The notes below the pieces were generated by a model. It was not told where the DNA came from and did no database searches. It saw only the letters and a list, made by a program, of their open reading frames with translations. 64,000 nucleotides of DNA from an uncultured Flavobacteriales bacterium (lineage in GTDB: Bacteria > Bacteroidota > Bacteroidia > Flavobacteriales > BACL11), in contig CALSQD010000002.1 in the NCBI GenBank assembly GCA_943788405.1, positions 172,850 through 236,849 of the forward strand, read 5' to 3'. Below, piece by piece: positions 49,618 to 60,670 of the stretch. How positions within the stretch are numbered: position 1 is the first letter of the stretch; the number at the start of each line of letters is the position of its first letter. The position numbers and the translations under genes are program-made.

Positions 49618-51795
49618 CTACTTTATAATCAACTTTTGAATGCTCTTATTTAGTTCAACAATATAAATTCCATTTGCGAGTTTACTTGTATTTATCTTAA
49701 GCTGATTATTTCGCTTCTCTTTCATAATGACAGTATATCCTAATAGGTTTTTAACACTTACTGTTCCGTAAGAGTTGCTAGTAATAATTAACCTATCACT
49801 TGCTGGGTTTGGGTAAATAGTGAAATTGTCTGCTGTGCTATTTGTTAAGTAAGTAGCTGTTGTGTCATTTAGTAAGGTGTCGCTACTAAAATAAGCAATT
49901 CCTCCAGATAAATTTCCAAGTATCATCTCTGGGTTGTTGTCATTATTGATGTCAGCAAAAGCAAAAGCGCATTTACCACCATCCCAAATTGTGCTGACAG
50001 TGCTGTTTACAGGTGTGAACTGCCCAGTTAGGTTCCCGTCAATATTTGTAAACTGATAAATTGTTCCGCTAAAACTACCCACAAAAAGTTGGTAAATGCC
50101 ATTGCTATCAATTAGTTTAGGGCTGCTATAACCTGTACTTATAAAATTAGTATCTACATCAATTCCTCCCCAGTTTTTAATGATAGTGTCAAAAATAGCA
50201 GTAGTTGTTGTTCCTGAATTAGGACAGTAATTTATTGAGCCGTCTTGTTCGCCAATAATAATATCTAATAATCCATCTCTATCTACATCCACTAGTTGAG
50301 GTTGAGAATAATAACCAATATCAATATTGTTATAGTTAGGTGCCGTAATCGTAAAATTCCCTGCCTGGTTACTGAAATAATGTAGTTTTCCATCAGCATC
50401 ACCTAGTATCATATCCTTGTCATTATCTCCATCTAAATCTCCAAAAGTTGGGCTAAGGTTTAGTGCAGGAATGTTAAGGTTAGTGTTGAGGTTGATAGTT
50501 GATATTCCTTGCCAATCTCTGTCAATTAAATCATATTCAGTAGTAGTTGGCGTACCAATATTTTCAAATAATGCTAAAGAAGAAATAGGGTTGTTATTTG
50601 CATCATGGTAGCCATAATTTCCAATTACTAAATCCAATAGATTATCATTATTGTAATCATAAAAAGTAGGAAATGATGAAGTTCCTAAATCAATCATATC
50701 ACTTTGCATAAAGTTAGTTTGTACAAAGTTGAAATCAGGATTGTTATTTTGTCCTGAATTTTCATAGAGCCAACAACTTTCAAAGTTTTCAGAATTATTT
50801 TGGCTATTGGTAGTTACTATTAAGTCTTTTATACCATCATTGGTAACATCCAAGTAATAACTTGCAGGATACACATGCATGTTGGCAGCAATAGTATTGC
50901 TATGGTTTTGTGGAAAAACAGAATCTACACTTACCATTAAGGCATTTTGATTGTCTCCCCCATTAATTAATAAGTTGAGGTTGTTGTAGCTTACATCTCC
51001 AAGTACTAAATCCATGTCGTTATCATTGTCAATATCAAAAGCTAATAGAGTAGAGCCAGCATGTTTTTGTTTTGAGTTACTATTGTTTGGGTTGATAATA
51101 GGTGGGCATTGGCAATTTGGACAATTTAAAATATAGGAATTTAACCCTTCATAAAATAGTCCCCAGCAGCTTTCAGAAAACTCAAAAGCAACTGTATCGC
51201 AACTCCCAGTTAGTTCCATTGCCATGTTTTTGTGATATTCAACAAATCCTCCTAAAATAGAGAAAGTAAGGATGTCCAAATCACCATCATAATCAACATC
51301 CGCAATGGCAGGAATATCAACAGGACTTATGTAAATATTTAGGTTGTTGGAACCGTAATTCGATAAAACCAAAGAAGTAACTAAGCTAAAACTTAGGCTA
51401 GTGGTTGAGGTGTTTTCATAAATTGCCATTCCTCCTGATGAGTAGGTATAGATATCATTTTTACCATCACAATTGTAATCAGCCATAAGCATCCAGTCGT
51501 GAACTTTAGGAAAATTATTTCTGTATTTTGGAGCGTAAATATAATTACCATTATCATTGATGAATGGGCTGATTTTATTCCCTGATTTATCAAAAACTAT
51601 CAAGTCCATTATTCCATCTAAGTTTAGGTCAACTTCTGAAAACTGTCCTGAATTAATCCCTCCTGAAAATGCTGAGTTAAAAGTAGTATTGTTCTCCGAA
51701 ATATTTAATGTAGTATCTCTATTTAAAACCATTTGAGAAAATGAAGAAGTATAGCAGAATACAAGGAATGAAAACAAAAGATTTTTTAATGACAT
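49618..51795 (-). CDS. FG-GAP/VCBS-repeat protein with type A T9SS C-terminal sorting domain
   Basis: 725 aa with repeated DxDxDGxxD calcium-binding-like loops (DLNLDGIMDLIVF, DVDYDGDLDILTF, GDLDGDNDKDMILG) and a C-terminal FTIYPNPASDRLII...NGIYIVELN. Confidence 0.75.
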   Translation of the reverse strand: MSLKNLLFSFLVFCYTSSFSQMVLNRDTTLNISENNTTFNSAFSGGINSGQFSEVDLNLDGIMDLIVFDKSGNKISPFINDNGNYIYAPKYRNNFPKVHDWMLMADYNCDGKNDIYTYSSGGMAIYENTSTTSLSFSLVTSLVLSNYGSNNLNIYISPVDIPAIADVDYDGDLDILTFSILGGFVEYHKNMAMELTGSCDTVAFEFSESCWGLFYEGLNSYILNCPNCQCPPIINPNNSNSKQKHAGSTLLAFDIDNDNDMDLVLGDVSYNNLNLLINGGDNQNALMVSVDSVFPQNHSNTIAANMHVYPASYYLDVTNDGIKDLIVTTNSQNNSENFESCWLYENSGQNNNPDFNFVQTNFMQSDMIDLGTSSFPTFYDYNNDNLLDLVIGNYGYHDANNNPISSLALFENIGTPTTTEYDLIDRDWQGISTINLNTNLNIPALNLSPTFGDLDGDNDKDMILGDADGKLHYFSNQAGNFTITAPNYNNIDIGYYSQPQLVDVDRDGLLDIIIGEQDGSINYCPNSGTTTTAIFDTIIKNWGGIDVDTNFISTGYSSPKLIDSNGIYQLFVGSFSGTIYQFTNIDGNLTGQFTPVNSTVSTIWDGGKCAFAFADINNDNNPEMILGNLSGGIAYFSSDTLLNDTTATYLTNSTADNFTIYPNPASDRLIITSNSYGTVSVKNLLGYTVIMKEKRNNQLKINTSKLANGIYIVELNKSIQKLIIK

Positions 51796-51916
51796 GCAGT
51801 TAATTTTTTACAAAAAAACGCATTATTTTTTGATTAACATAGTGTATCTAATTATTATCTTATTCATCCATAGTAAAGTTTCCTATATAGTAATTGTATT
51901 ATTTGCTTTGAAAGTT

Positions 51917-51924
51917 TATATTTG
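51917..51924 (+). promoter_or_regulatory. -7 promoter box TATATTTG upstream of secDF
   Basis: TAnnTTTG match 34 nt before the ATG. Confidence 0.4.
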
Positions 51925-51958
51925 CCGACTTTAAAAAACGAGATTAAAAATAAAGATT

Positions 51959-54900
51959 ATGCAAAACAGAAATGTTATTAGAATTTTCGCAATCATATTC
52001 GCAATAGTTTGTTTGTACCAACTATCGTTTACTTGGGTTGCTGATGGAGTAGAGGAGGATGCAGTAGCTTATGCTGCTAGTTTTAATGAGGACGAAAGAG
52101 AAGCAAAAGAAAAGTTCTATTTGGATTCGATAAATAGTGAAGAGGTATATGATATTTTACTGACTTCTTACACTTATTCAGAATGTAAACAAAGAGAAAT
52201 TAACTTAGGGCTTGACCTTAAAGGAGGAATGAATGTTACCTTAGAGGTAATGGTTATTGATGTGGTAAAAGCACTTTCTAATCAGAATAAAGATGAGGTT
52301 TTTAATACTGCAATTGCAAATACACTTAAGGCACAAGAAGATAGCCAAGATGATTTTGTAACTATATTTGCAATGGAATATGAAAAATTAGCTCCTGCTG
52401 CAAATACAGGTTTATCTGCTATTTTTTCAACTCCCGATTTAAGAGATAAGGTGCAGTTTTCTTCAACTAACCAAGAAGTTATTGAAGTGTTGAAAATTGA
52501 AGTAGAGGATGCAATTTCTCGTTCATTTAATATTTTAAGAAGTAGAATTGACCGTTTTGGAGTAACACAACCAAATATCCAAAGGCTAGAAACTGCTGGT
52601 AGAATTTTAGTTGAATTACCTGGAATTAAAGATCCTGAAAGAGCAAGAAAATTATTGCAATCAACTGCACAATTAGAGTTTTGGGAAACTTATGAATATA
52701 GAGAGTTATTTCAAGGGCTAGAATCAGCTAACGCGTTTTTAAGAGAAACTGCAGAAGCAGCATCTGCAGAAGTAGTTGATGGTGAAGTTGAGGAAATTGA
52801 AGAAGTTGAGGTTGTTGAGGAAGTTGAGGTTGTTGGAGAGGTTGTTGCTGAAGAAGCAACTGATTTATTAGCTGAAATTGAGGCGGATACTTTAGCAGCT
52901 GATAGTGCTGCTAACAGTTTAAGTTTTGAAGAATTTGCAGCAGAAAACCCTTTATATGCAGTGCTTTACCCTAATGTTGACCAGCAAAATCAATTAAGAG
53001 AAGGGCCTGTAGTTGGTATGTGTGCTGTAAAAGATACTGCTGCTTTAAATGTTTATTTGAAAGATGATGCAGTAAGAAAGTTTTTCCCTGTTGATGTAAA
53101 GTTTGCTTACACGGTTAAGCCTTATGATCCTGACGGGAAATTTGTTCAGTTAGTAGCTTTAAAGTCTGATAGAAATGGAAAATCAGCAATGGAAGGTGAT
53201 GTGGTAACTGATGCTGTTCAAACTTTCGGACAGTTTGCTTCATCAGCGGAGGTTTCAATGGAAATGAATGCTGAAGGAGGAAAACAATGGAAAAGATTAA
53301 CAGCTGAAAATATTGGAAAATCAGTTGCTATCGTTTTGGATGGTTATGTATATTCTTACCCAACTGTACAAGCTGAAATTTCTGGTGGTCGTTCTTCAAT
53401 TACTGGGAACTTCTCGGTAAATGAGGCAAAGGATTTAGCAAATATTTTAAAGTCAGGTAAATTACCTGCTCCAGCTCGTATTATTGAAGAGGCTATTGTT
53501 GGACCATCACTTGGTGAGGAAGCAATTAGCTCAGGATTAACATCATTCATGTTTGCATTATTACTAGTATTGGTTTATATGATATTCTATTATAATGGTG
53601 CTGGTATAGTTTCAAACATTGCATTATTGGCGAATATCTTCTTTATATTTGGAGTGCTTTCATCATTAGGAGCTGTACTTACATTACCAGGTATTGCCGG
53701 TATTATTTTAACAATTGGTATGTCGGTTGATGCGAATGTACTTATTTATGAGCGTATCCGTGAGGAGCTTAAAAATGGTAAAGGTTTGCGTTTGGCAATT
53801 GCTGATGGGTACAACAGTGCTTACAGTTCAATTATTGATGCCAATGTAACGACATTACTTACAGGTATTATTTTATATACTTTTGGTACAGGGCCAATTA
53901 AAGGTTTTGCTACTACTTTAATTATTGGTATTTTAACTTCATTATTTGCTGCAATTTTTATTACTCGTTTAGTAATTTCAGCAAGATTAAATAAAGGAAA
54001 ATCTATCTCATTTGCAACTAAACTTACTGATGGTGCTTTCAAAAATATCAATATTGACTTTATTGGTAAGCGTAAAAGGTTCTATGTGCTTTCTTCTATA
54101 ATTGTATTATTAGGTGTTGGTTCATTAGTTACTAAGGGATTAAATTATGGAGTTGATTTTGTAGGGGGAAGAACTTATGTTGTTCGTTTTGATGATACTG
54201 TAGATAATGAAAAATTAAGAGCAGCATTAACAGATGTATTTGTTGATGAGGATGGATTGAATTATTCTCCTCAAGTAAAAACTTTTGGTGATGATAATCA
54301 AGTGAAGGTTACTACTTCATTCATGATTGAAAGTAGTGAAATTACTACTGATGAAATTGTTGAGTCAAAATTATCAGAAGGACTAGCAACTACTGGTTTC
54401 CAGTACGAAATAATGAGTTCGCAAAAAGTAGGGCCAACTATTGCTGATGACATAAAGGATGCGGCTGTATGGTCAGTATTCTTCTCACTATTAGTAATCT
54501 TCTTATATATCTTAATTAGGTTTAGAAAATGGCAATTTAGTTTGGGAGCTGTAATTGCAGTATTCCATGATGTGATAATTGTGCTTTCTATCTTCTCTAT
54601 TTTCTATGGAATTTTACCTTTCTCTTTAGAAATTGATCAAGCATTTATTGCTGCAATTCTTACAATTATTGGTTACTCACTAAATGATACTGTAGTTGTG
54701 TTTGACCGTGTGAGAGAGTATATGAATGATAATAAAAAGAAAGGTGTGCATGAGTTGATAAATGGAGCTTTAAACTCTACTTTAAGTAGAACGATAAATA
54801 CTTCATTAACTACTTTTGTAGTGCTTTTAATTATCTTTGTTTTTGGTGGTGAGGTTATTAGAGGGTTTATGTTTGCCTTAATGGTGGGTGTTGTTGTTGG

Positions 54901-54982
54901 TACTTACTCATCTTTATTTGTAGCTTCTCCTATTATGTTGGATACAATCAAAAAGAAAGAAGAAAAATCAAAAAGAAAATAA
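51959..54982 (+). CDS. secDF: fused protein translocase subunit SecDF
   Basis: 1007 aa with a SecD-type periplasmic domain and two 6-TM blocks (GIAGIILTIGMSVDANVLIYERIREE; GYSLNDTVVVFDRVRE). Confidence 0.95.
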   Translation: MQNRNVIRIFAIIFAIVCLYQLSFTWVADGVEEDAVAYAASFNEDEREAKEKFYLDSINSEEVYDILLTSYTYSECKQREINLGLDLKGGMNVTLEVMVIDVVKALSNQNKDEVFNTAIANTLKAQEDSQDDFVTIFAMEYEKLAPAANTGLSAIFSTPDLRDKVQFSSTNQEVIEVLKIEVEDAISRSFNILRSRIDRFGVTQPNIQRLETAGRILVELPGIKDPERARKLLQSTAQLEFWETYEYRELFQGLESANAFLRETAEAASAEVVDGEVEEIEEVEVVEEVEVVGEVVAEEATDLLAEIEADTLAADSAANSLSFEEFAAENPLYAVLYPNVDQQNQLREGPVVGMCAVKDTAALNVYLKDDAVRKFFPVDVKFAYTVKPYDPDGKFVQLVALKSDRNGKSAMEGDVVTDAVQTFGQFASSAEVSMEMNAEGGKQWKRLTAENIGKSVAIVLDGYVYSYPTVQAEISGGRSSITGNFSVNEAKDLANILKSGKLPAPARIIEEAIVGPSLGEEAISSGLTSFMFALLLVLVYMIFYYNGAGIVSNIALLANIFFIFGVLSSLGAVLTLPGIAGIILTIGMSVDANVLIYERIREELKNGKGLRLAIADGYNSAYSSIIDANVTTLLTGIILYTFGTGPIKGFATTLIIGILTSLFAAIFITRLVISARLNKGKSISFATKLTDGAFKNINIDFIGKRKRFYVLSSIIVLLGVGSLVTKGLNYGVDFVGGRTYVVRFDDTVDNEKLRAALTDVFVDEDGLNYSPQVKTFGDDNQVKVTTSFMIESSEITTDEIVESKLSEGLATTGFQYEIMSSQKVGPTIADDIKDAAVWSVFFSLLVIFLYILIRFRKWQFSLGAVIAVFHDVIIVLSIFSIFYGILPFSLEIDQAFIAAILTIIGYSLNDTVVVFDRVREYMNDNKKKGVHELINGALNSTLSRTINTSLTTFVVLLIIFVFGGEVIRGFMFALMVGVVVGTYSSLFVASPIMLDTIKKKEEKSKRK

Positions 54983-55006
54983 TTAGTTTATAATTTTAAT
55001 TAAAAA

Positions 55007-55031
55007 GCCCTTTCATTGAGAGGGCTTTTTT
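55007..55031 (+). terminator. rho-independent terminator after secDF
   Basis: Stem GCCCTTTC / GAGAGGGC (one G-U pair), loop ATT, then T6. Confidence 0.75.
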
Positions 55032-55042
55032 ATTTTTGCGAT

Positions 55043-55243
55043 ATGTTATTATTTATAGGAGGACCAGAAATTATTGTTGTATTGCTTTTTATAGTCATGT
55101 TTTTTGGTTCAAAAAAAATACCAGAATTAGCCAAGGGCTTAGGTAAAGCTATGCGTGAGGTGAAGGATGCTTCTAATGATATTAAAAAAGAAATTAGGGA
55201 TAGTGCTACTAGTATTAAAGATGATTTTGATATTACAAAATAA
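55043..55243 (+). CDS. tatA: twin-arginine translocase TatA/E family protein
   Basis: MLLFIGGPEIIVVLLFIVMFFGSKKIPELAKGLGKAMREVK. The track ORF start (TTG 55016) is inside the terminator. Confidence 0.85.
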   Translation: MLLFIGGPEIIVVLLFIVMFFGSKKIPELAKGLGKAMREVKDASNDIKKEIRDSATSIKDDFDITK

Positions 55244-56200
55244 ATGAGTCCAACAATTGTTTTATTACTAGGTTTAGTCTTACTCTTTTTTGGGGGAGAA
55301 TTATTAGTTAGAGGTTCAGTTGCTTTGGCTTTAAAAATGCGTATTTCTACTTTGGTAGTGGGTATGACGGTAGTTTCTTTTGCAACTTCAGCACCTGAAT
55401 TATTTGTGAGTTTACAAGCTGTTTTAGGAGGAAGTAATGATATTGCTTTTGGAAATGTTATCGGTTCCAATATTGCTAATATAACTTTGGTTCTTGGGGT
55501 TACAGCTGTTATTTTTAGAGTTCAAATTTCTGAACAAACCATTACATTGAACTATCCTATTTTACTGCTATCATCATTGGTTTTTGGAGGGGTTTTGTAT
55601 TATTTTAATGGAATTACTACTGGAGTAGGGTTCTTATTTATTATTATATTACTTTCTTTTGCTTGGTTGTTAATAAGGAAGTCAAGAAAAGATAATTTGA
55701 AGGCAGCTGTTGATGAGGATGAGCTGCTTGAGGAGGCGTCTAAAGATACTTTATTTAAAAGTTTAAGTTTTTTAATTGTTGGAGTTGTCTTATTAAAGTT
55801 TGGTGCTGATTTTTTAGTTGATGGAACTATTGCTATTGCAAAGAAATTTGAAATTTCTGAACGCGTTATTGCAGTTACAGTTGTAGCTATTGGTACTAGT
55901 ATCCCTGAGTTGGCAACTTCAATTGTGGCAGCTCTTAAAAAGGAGGATAATCTAGCAGTAGGAAATCTAATTGGCTCAAATATTTTTAATATTCTAGCTG
56001 TATTGGGGGTTGTGGCAAGCGTGCAAGAAATTAAACTTTCTGATTCTGCTATTTTGTCATTTGATTATATTTGGATGATTATTATTACCTTTATTTTAGG
56101 TTTGTTTATTTATGCTTTTTCTAAGCGTGAAATATCCAGAACAGAAGGGGTTTTATTATTGTTAATTTACATTTCATACTTATATTTTTCTATTTATTAG
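55244..56200 (+). CDS. calcium/sodium antiporter (CaCA/YrbG family)
   Basis: 318 aa with two alpha-repeats, GNVIGSNIANITLVLG and GNLIGSNIFNILAVLG. Confidence 0.85.
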   Translation: MSPTIVLLLGLVLLFFGGELLVRGSVALALKMRISTLVVGMTVVSFATSAPELFVSLQAVLGGSNDIAFGNVIGSNIANITLVLGVTAVIFRVQISEQTITLNYPILLLSSLVFGGVLYYFNGITTGVGFLFIIILLSFAWLLIRKSRKDNLKAAVDEDELLEEASKDTLFKSLSFLIVGVVLLKFGADFLVDGTIAIAKKFEISERVIAVTVVAIGTSIPELATSIVAALKKEDNLAVGNLIGSNIFNILAVLGVVASVQEIKLSDSAILSFDYIWMIIITFILGLFIYAFSKREISRTEGVLLLLIYISYLYFSIY

Positions 56201-56294
56201 ATAGATTTTCTTTACGCTTTTACCCTTAATAATTTGTTGATAAATCTAATCTGTAAGAGGGGATTTAAAAGGTATTTTTTTCTTTTTTTTAAAT

Positions 56295-56302
56295 TATATT
56301 TG
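56295..56302 (+). promoter_or_regulatory. -7 promoter box TATATTTG upstream of glutamine synthetase
   Basis: TAnnTTTG match 35 nt before the ATG. Confidence 0.4.
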
Positions 56303-56337
56303 CCACATCATTAATCCTATACACATAAACTAAAATT

Positions 56338-57345
56338 ATGAAATCTAAATTAGAATACATCTGGTTAGACGGTTATGCTCCAACGCAAAACATGAGAAGT
56401 AAAACAAAGGTTGTTGAAGACTTTAACGGAACTTTGGAAGAATGTCCTATTTGGGCTTTTGACGGTAGCTCTACAAGGCAAGCTGAAGGTAATTCTTCTG
56501 ATTGTTTGCTTAAGCCAGTTGCTATTTTTCCTGATCCAGCAAGAATTAACAGTTGGTTGGTAATGACTGAAGTTATGAATGCTGATGGAACTGCTCATGA
56601 GTCTAATGGAAGAGCAAAAATTGATGATAATGACAATGATTTTTGGTTTGGTTTTGAGCAAGAATATTTTATTATGGATGTTGAAACTCAACTACCTTTA
56701 GGTTTCCCATTAGGAGGTTACCCTGGTCCTCAAGGAATGTACTATTGCTCAGTAGGAGGTAAAAATACTCACGGTAGAGGTTTGGTTGAAGAGCATGCTG
56801 ATTTATGTATTGAAGCAGGAATTAATTTTGAAGGAATTAATCAAGAGGTAGCATGTGGGCAATGGGAATTTCAATTGTTTGCAAAAGGAGCTAAAAAGGC
56901 AGGTGATGAGCTGTGGGTTGCTCGTTACCTTTTAGATAGATTGACAGAAGATTATAATTACTATATTGAATACCACCCTAAGCCTATTAAAGGAGATTGG
57001 AATGGTTCAGGTATGCATGCTAACTTCTCTAATACAACTTTAAGAGAGTGTGGTTCTCAAGAGACATACGAAAAAATTTGTGAAGCTTTCCGTCCTGTAA
57101 CTAAGGAGCATATTGAAGTGTATGGTGAGTATAATGACGAGAGATTAACTGGTTTGCATGAAACGGCTTCAATTAATGATTTTAGTTACGGTATTTCTGA
57201 TAGAGGGGCATCAATTAGAATTCCAATTATTACAGTTGAAAAAGGCTGGAAAGGTTGGTTGGAAGATAGAAGGCCAGCATCAAATGCAGATCCTTATAAA
57301 ATTGCAGGAAGAATTGTAAAAACAGTTAAATCTGCTAAGTTATAG
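56338..57345 (+). CDS. glnII: glutamine synthetase, type II-like
   Basis: 335 aa with KLEYIWLDG..., FGFEQEYF, GQWEFQ and NGSGMHANFS, which are typical of eukaryote-like GSII. Confidence 0.8.
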   Translation: MKSKLEYIWLDGYAPTQNMRSKTKVVEDFNGTLEECPIWAFDGSSTRQAEGNSSDCLLKPVAIFPDPARINSWLVMTEVMNADGTAHESNGRAKIDDNDNDFWFGFEQEYFIMDVETQLPLGFPLGGYPGPQGMYYCSVGGKNTHGRGLVEEHADLCIEAGINFEGINQEVACGQWEFQLFAKGAKKAGDELWVARYLLDRLTEDYNYYIEYHPKPIKGDWNGSGMHANFSNTTLRECGSQETYEKICEAFRPVTKEHIEVYGEYNDERLTGLHETASINDFSYGISDRGASIRIPIITVEKGWKGWLEDRRPASNADPYKIAGRIVKTVKSAKL

Positions 57346-57441
57346 TTCTATTAACAATGGATTGCTAATAACCCTAAGTTTCTGTTTTTAAAAACTTTAT
57401 AAATTATTCCTTATTTTAGCAGGAATTTTAAATACAATAAA

Positions 57442-59445
57442 ATGAAAAGAATTTTACGTTTACTTGCGATATTTGTTTTTCTGTTCTCTCTAGCACAGAC
57501 AGACCTTTATGCTCAAAAAAAGAGTAGAAAAATGATAAAAGCAGATAATGCTTTTAATCTAGAACAGTATGTAAAAGCTGCTGAATTATATAAAAAAGCT
57601 TATCAAAAGACTAAAATTAGAGCTGTAAAAGCTGAGATTATTTTTAAGCAAGCTGAATGTTACCGTTTGTCAGGTAATATTAAAAGAGCAGAAAGTTATT
57701 ACAAAAGAGCTATAAAAGCTAAATATCCTGATGTGATTGTATATTTGCGTTATGCTGATATGTTAAGAATGCAAGATGATTTAGCTGAAGCTAAAATTCA
57801 ATACACTAAGTATATCCAATTAAACCCAACTGATGTTAGTGGAGAGATGGGACTTAAGTCATGTGATTTTGCATTAAAATGGAAAGATTTACCAACAAGA
57901 TACAAGGTAGAATTAATGCCATTGGTAAACTCTAGAAATAGTGATTATTCTCCTGCCTTTGGGAATGGTGAATATACTGAAATGTATTTTACATCTTCTC
58001 GTAAAGGAGGATTAACTGATAAGATAGATGCAAGAACTGGTGAAACCTTTTCTGATGTATATTTTACAAAAATCAATAAAAAAGGAAAGTGGAGCTTACC
58101 TATTGTAGTTGCTGAACCAATTAACACAGAAGGTAATGAAGGTTCTGTTGCTTTAAATAAAAGAGGAACAGTAATGTATTTAACTCAATGTAAGGTAGAA
58201 AAGAAAAAAGCTTTAGGTTGTGGGATTTATGTATCTAAGCGTAAAGGTAAATTATGGGGAACTCCTCAGTTACTACAAATTAAAGTTGATAGTAATACAA
58301 CTATAGGTCATCCTGCTTTAAGTGAAGATGAGACTGTTTTAATCTTTTCTTCAGATATGTCTGGGGGTTATGGAGGAAAAGACCTATGGATGTCTGTTAA
58401 AGGAAAAAGAAATAGATGGAGTGATCCTATTAATTTAGGGCCAATGGTAAATACTCCAGGTGATGAGATGTTCCCATTTTTACATACAGATGGAACTATT
58501 TATTTCTCATCTAACGGTCATGTTGGAATGGGAGGTTTGGATATTTATAAAACTTCACAAGATGAAAATGGAGCATATAAGTTACCTATTAACTTAAAAT
58601 CTCCAGTAAATTCTTCTGCTGATGATTTTAGTATGATTATTGAAAAAGATGGTGAAAGGGGATACTTAACTTCTAATAGAGATGGAGGAAAAGGAGGAGA
58701 TGATATTTATCAATTTGAACTACCTCCTTTGCAATTAGCTTTAAGAGGTGTAGTTACTGATTCTAAAACAGGAGCAATAATGACTGGAATTAAAGTTCAG
58801 TTAATAGGTAATGATGGTACAACTAATGAAGTAGAAACTGATAATACAGGAGTTTATGAATTTGTTTTAAAGCCATTAACTTCTTATGAGATTGTTGTAA
58901 ATACTGAAGGTTACTTGAATAAATCAGTAAATGAAACTACTGTTGGGATTGAAAATAATAAAGTATTTGATATTGACTTGTCAGTTGACCCAGTTAAGAA
59001 AGAAGTAATTTTACCTAGAATTGAATATGACTTTAATAAATTTGATTTAAGGACACAATCTATTGCTGATTTAGATCTTTTAGCTGAGACTTTAAAAGAC
59101 AATTTGAATGTGGTAATTGAATTAAAATCACATACTGATTATATTGGTTCTAATGCTCAAAACAATAAATTATCGCAACAAAGAGCTGATGCTTGTGTGG
59201 CGTATTTAATTAGCCAAGGGATTGATGCTGGACAATTAGTTGCAAGAGGAATGGGTGAAAAAGAACCATTTGTAATTGAAACTAAAGATGGAAGATTTAA
59301 GGAAGGTGATGTGTTGACTGAATCATACATCCGTAAAATTAGATTTAAGAAAAATAGAGAAAAAGCAAATCAGTATAATAGAAGAACATCTTTCAAAGTG
59401 TTAAGAGAGGATTATATTCCTGCTACTACTGAAGAAAAAAAGTAA
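57442..59445 (+). CDS. OmpA-family protein with TPR, TolB-like beta-propeller repeats and CarboxypepD_reg-like domain
   Basis: 667 aa. The C-terminal OmpA-like domain has ...ELKSHTDYIGSNAQNNKLSQQRADACVAYL.... Repeated PD40-like segments (YFSSNG, YLTSNRDGG). Confidence 0.8.
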   Translation: MKRILRLLAIFVFLFSLAQTDLYAQKKSRKMIKADNAFNLEQYVKAAELYKKAYQKTKIRAVKAEIIFKQAECYRLSGNIKRAESYYKRAIKAKYPDVIVYLRYADMLRMQDDLAEAKIQYTKYIQLNPTDVSGEMGLKSCDFALKWKDLPTRYKVELMPLVNSRNSDYSPAFGNGEYTEMYFTSSRKGGLTDKIDARTGETFSDVYFTKINKKGKWSLPIVVAEPINTEGNEGSVALNKRGTVMYLTQCKVEKKKALGCGIYVSKRKGKLWGTPQLLQIKVDSNTTIGHPALSEDETVLIFSSDMSGGYGGKDLWMSVKGKRNRWSDPINLGPMVNTPGDEMFPFLHTDGTIYFSSNGHVGMGGLDIYKTSQDENGAYKLPINLKSPVNSSADDFSMIIEKDGERGYLTSNRDGGKGGDDIYQFELPPLQLALRGVVTDSKTGAIMTGIKVQLIGNDGTTNEVETDNTGVYEFVLKPLTSYEIVVNTEGYLNKSVNETTVGIENNKVFDIDLSVDPVKKEVILPRIEYDFNKFDLRTQSIADLDLLAETLKDNLNVVIELKSHTDYIGSNAQNNKLSQQRADACVAYLISQGIDAGQLVARGMGEKEPFVIETKDGRFKEGDVLTESYIRKIRFKKNREKANQYNRRTSFKVLREDYIPATTEEKK

Positions 59446-59464
59446 CTAACATATAAATACTAGA

Positions 59465-59497
59465 AAAGCGTCCTAATAATTAGGATGTTTTTTTTTA
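59465..59497 (+). terminator. rho-independent terminator after the OmpA-family gene
   Basis: Stem CGTCCTAA / TTAGGATG (one G-U pair), loop TAA, then T9. Confidence 0.7.
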
Positions 59498-59502
59498 CAA
59501 TT

Positions 59503-60669
59503 ATGGCAACAGATAGATATAATCAAAGAGGAGTTTCAGCTGATAAAGAGGATGTACATAATGCAATTAAAAATGTAGATAAAGGGTTATTTCCTTCAGC
59601 TTTTTGCAAAATTGTACCTGATTATTTGAGTGGTGATGAAGATTACTGCTTAATTATGCATGCTGATGGTGCAGGAACAAAATCATCATTAGCCTATATG
59701 TATTGGAAAGAAACAGGAGATGCTTCTGTTTGGAAAGGTATAGCACAGGATGCATTAATAATGAATATTGATGATTTATTATGTGTAGGTTCTGTAGATA
59801 ATATCATGCTGTCATCTACTATTGGTAGAAACAAATCAGTTATTAATGGGGATGTTTTATCTGAAATTATTAATGGTACAGAGGAGCTTTTATCTGAATA
59901 TAAAAAGTTTGGTGTGAATATTATTTCTACAGGAGGTGAAACGGCTGATGTAGGGGATTTAGTGCGTACCATTATTGTAGATTCTACAGTAGTTGCTCGT
60001 ATGAAAAGAACTGATGTAATTGATAATGCAAATATAAAAGGAGGTAATGTAATTGTTGGGTTATCATCTTCAGGAATGGCAAGCTATGAAACAGAATATA
60101 ATGGAGGGATGGGGAGTAACGGATTAACTTCAGCTCGTCATGATGTTTTTTCAAAAGTATTAGCTGAAAAATACCCTGAAAGTTTTGATCCATCAGTACC
60201 TATGGATTTAGTATATTCAGGAACTAAAAAATTAACTGATGCTGTTGAAGGTTCAACCTTAGATGCTGGAAAATTAGTACTTTCTCCTACTAGAACTTAT
60301 GCCCCAATTATTAAAAAGATTTTAGATAAATACCGTTCACAGATTAATGGAATGGTACACTGTAGTGGTGGTGCGCAAACTAAGGTGTTACACTTTGTGA
60401 AAAATGTACATGTGATAAAAGACAATATGTTTGAATTGCCTCCTTTGTTTAAATTAATTCAAGAAGAATCGGATACAGATTGGAAAGAAATGTACAAGGT
60501 ATTCAATATGGGACATAGGATGGAATTATATGTTCCTGAGGAAATTGCAGCTGATATTATTTCAATTTCAGAATCTTTTAATGTAGATGCAAAAATTATT
60601 GGTAGAGTAGAAGATTTTGAAGGTAAAAAATTAACGATTAACTCCGAATTCGGAACTTATAAATATTAA
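59503..60669 (+). CDS. purM: phosphoribosylformylglycinamidine cyclo-ligase-like (AIR synthase family)
   Basis: [19 protein letters not shown]... and [10 protein letters not shown] (cf. DGVGTK). The track ORF start at 59485 lies in the terminator T-run. Confidence 0.65.
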   Translation: MATDRYNQRGVSADKEDVHNAIKNVDKGLFPSAFCKIVPDYLSGDEDYCLIMHADGAGTKSSLAYMYWKETGDASVWKGIAQDALIMNIDDLLCVGSVDNIMLSSTIGRNKSVINGDVLSEIINGTEELLSEYKKFGVNIISTGGETADVGDLVRTIIVDSTVVARMKRTDVIDNANIKGGNVIVGLSSSGMASYETEYNGGMGSNGLTSARHDVFSKVLAEKYPESFDPSVPMDLVYSGTKKLTDAVEGSTLDAGKLVLSPTRTYAPIIKKILDKYRSQINGMVHCSGGAQTKVLHFVKNVHVIKDNMFELPPLFKLIQEESDTDWKEMYKVFNMGHRMELYVPEEIAADIISISESFNVDAKIIGRVEDFEGKKLTINSEFGTYKY

Positions 60670-60670
60670 T

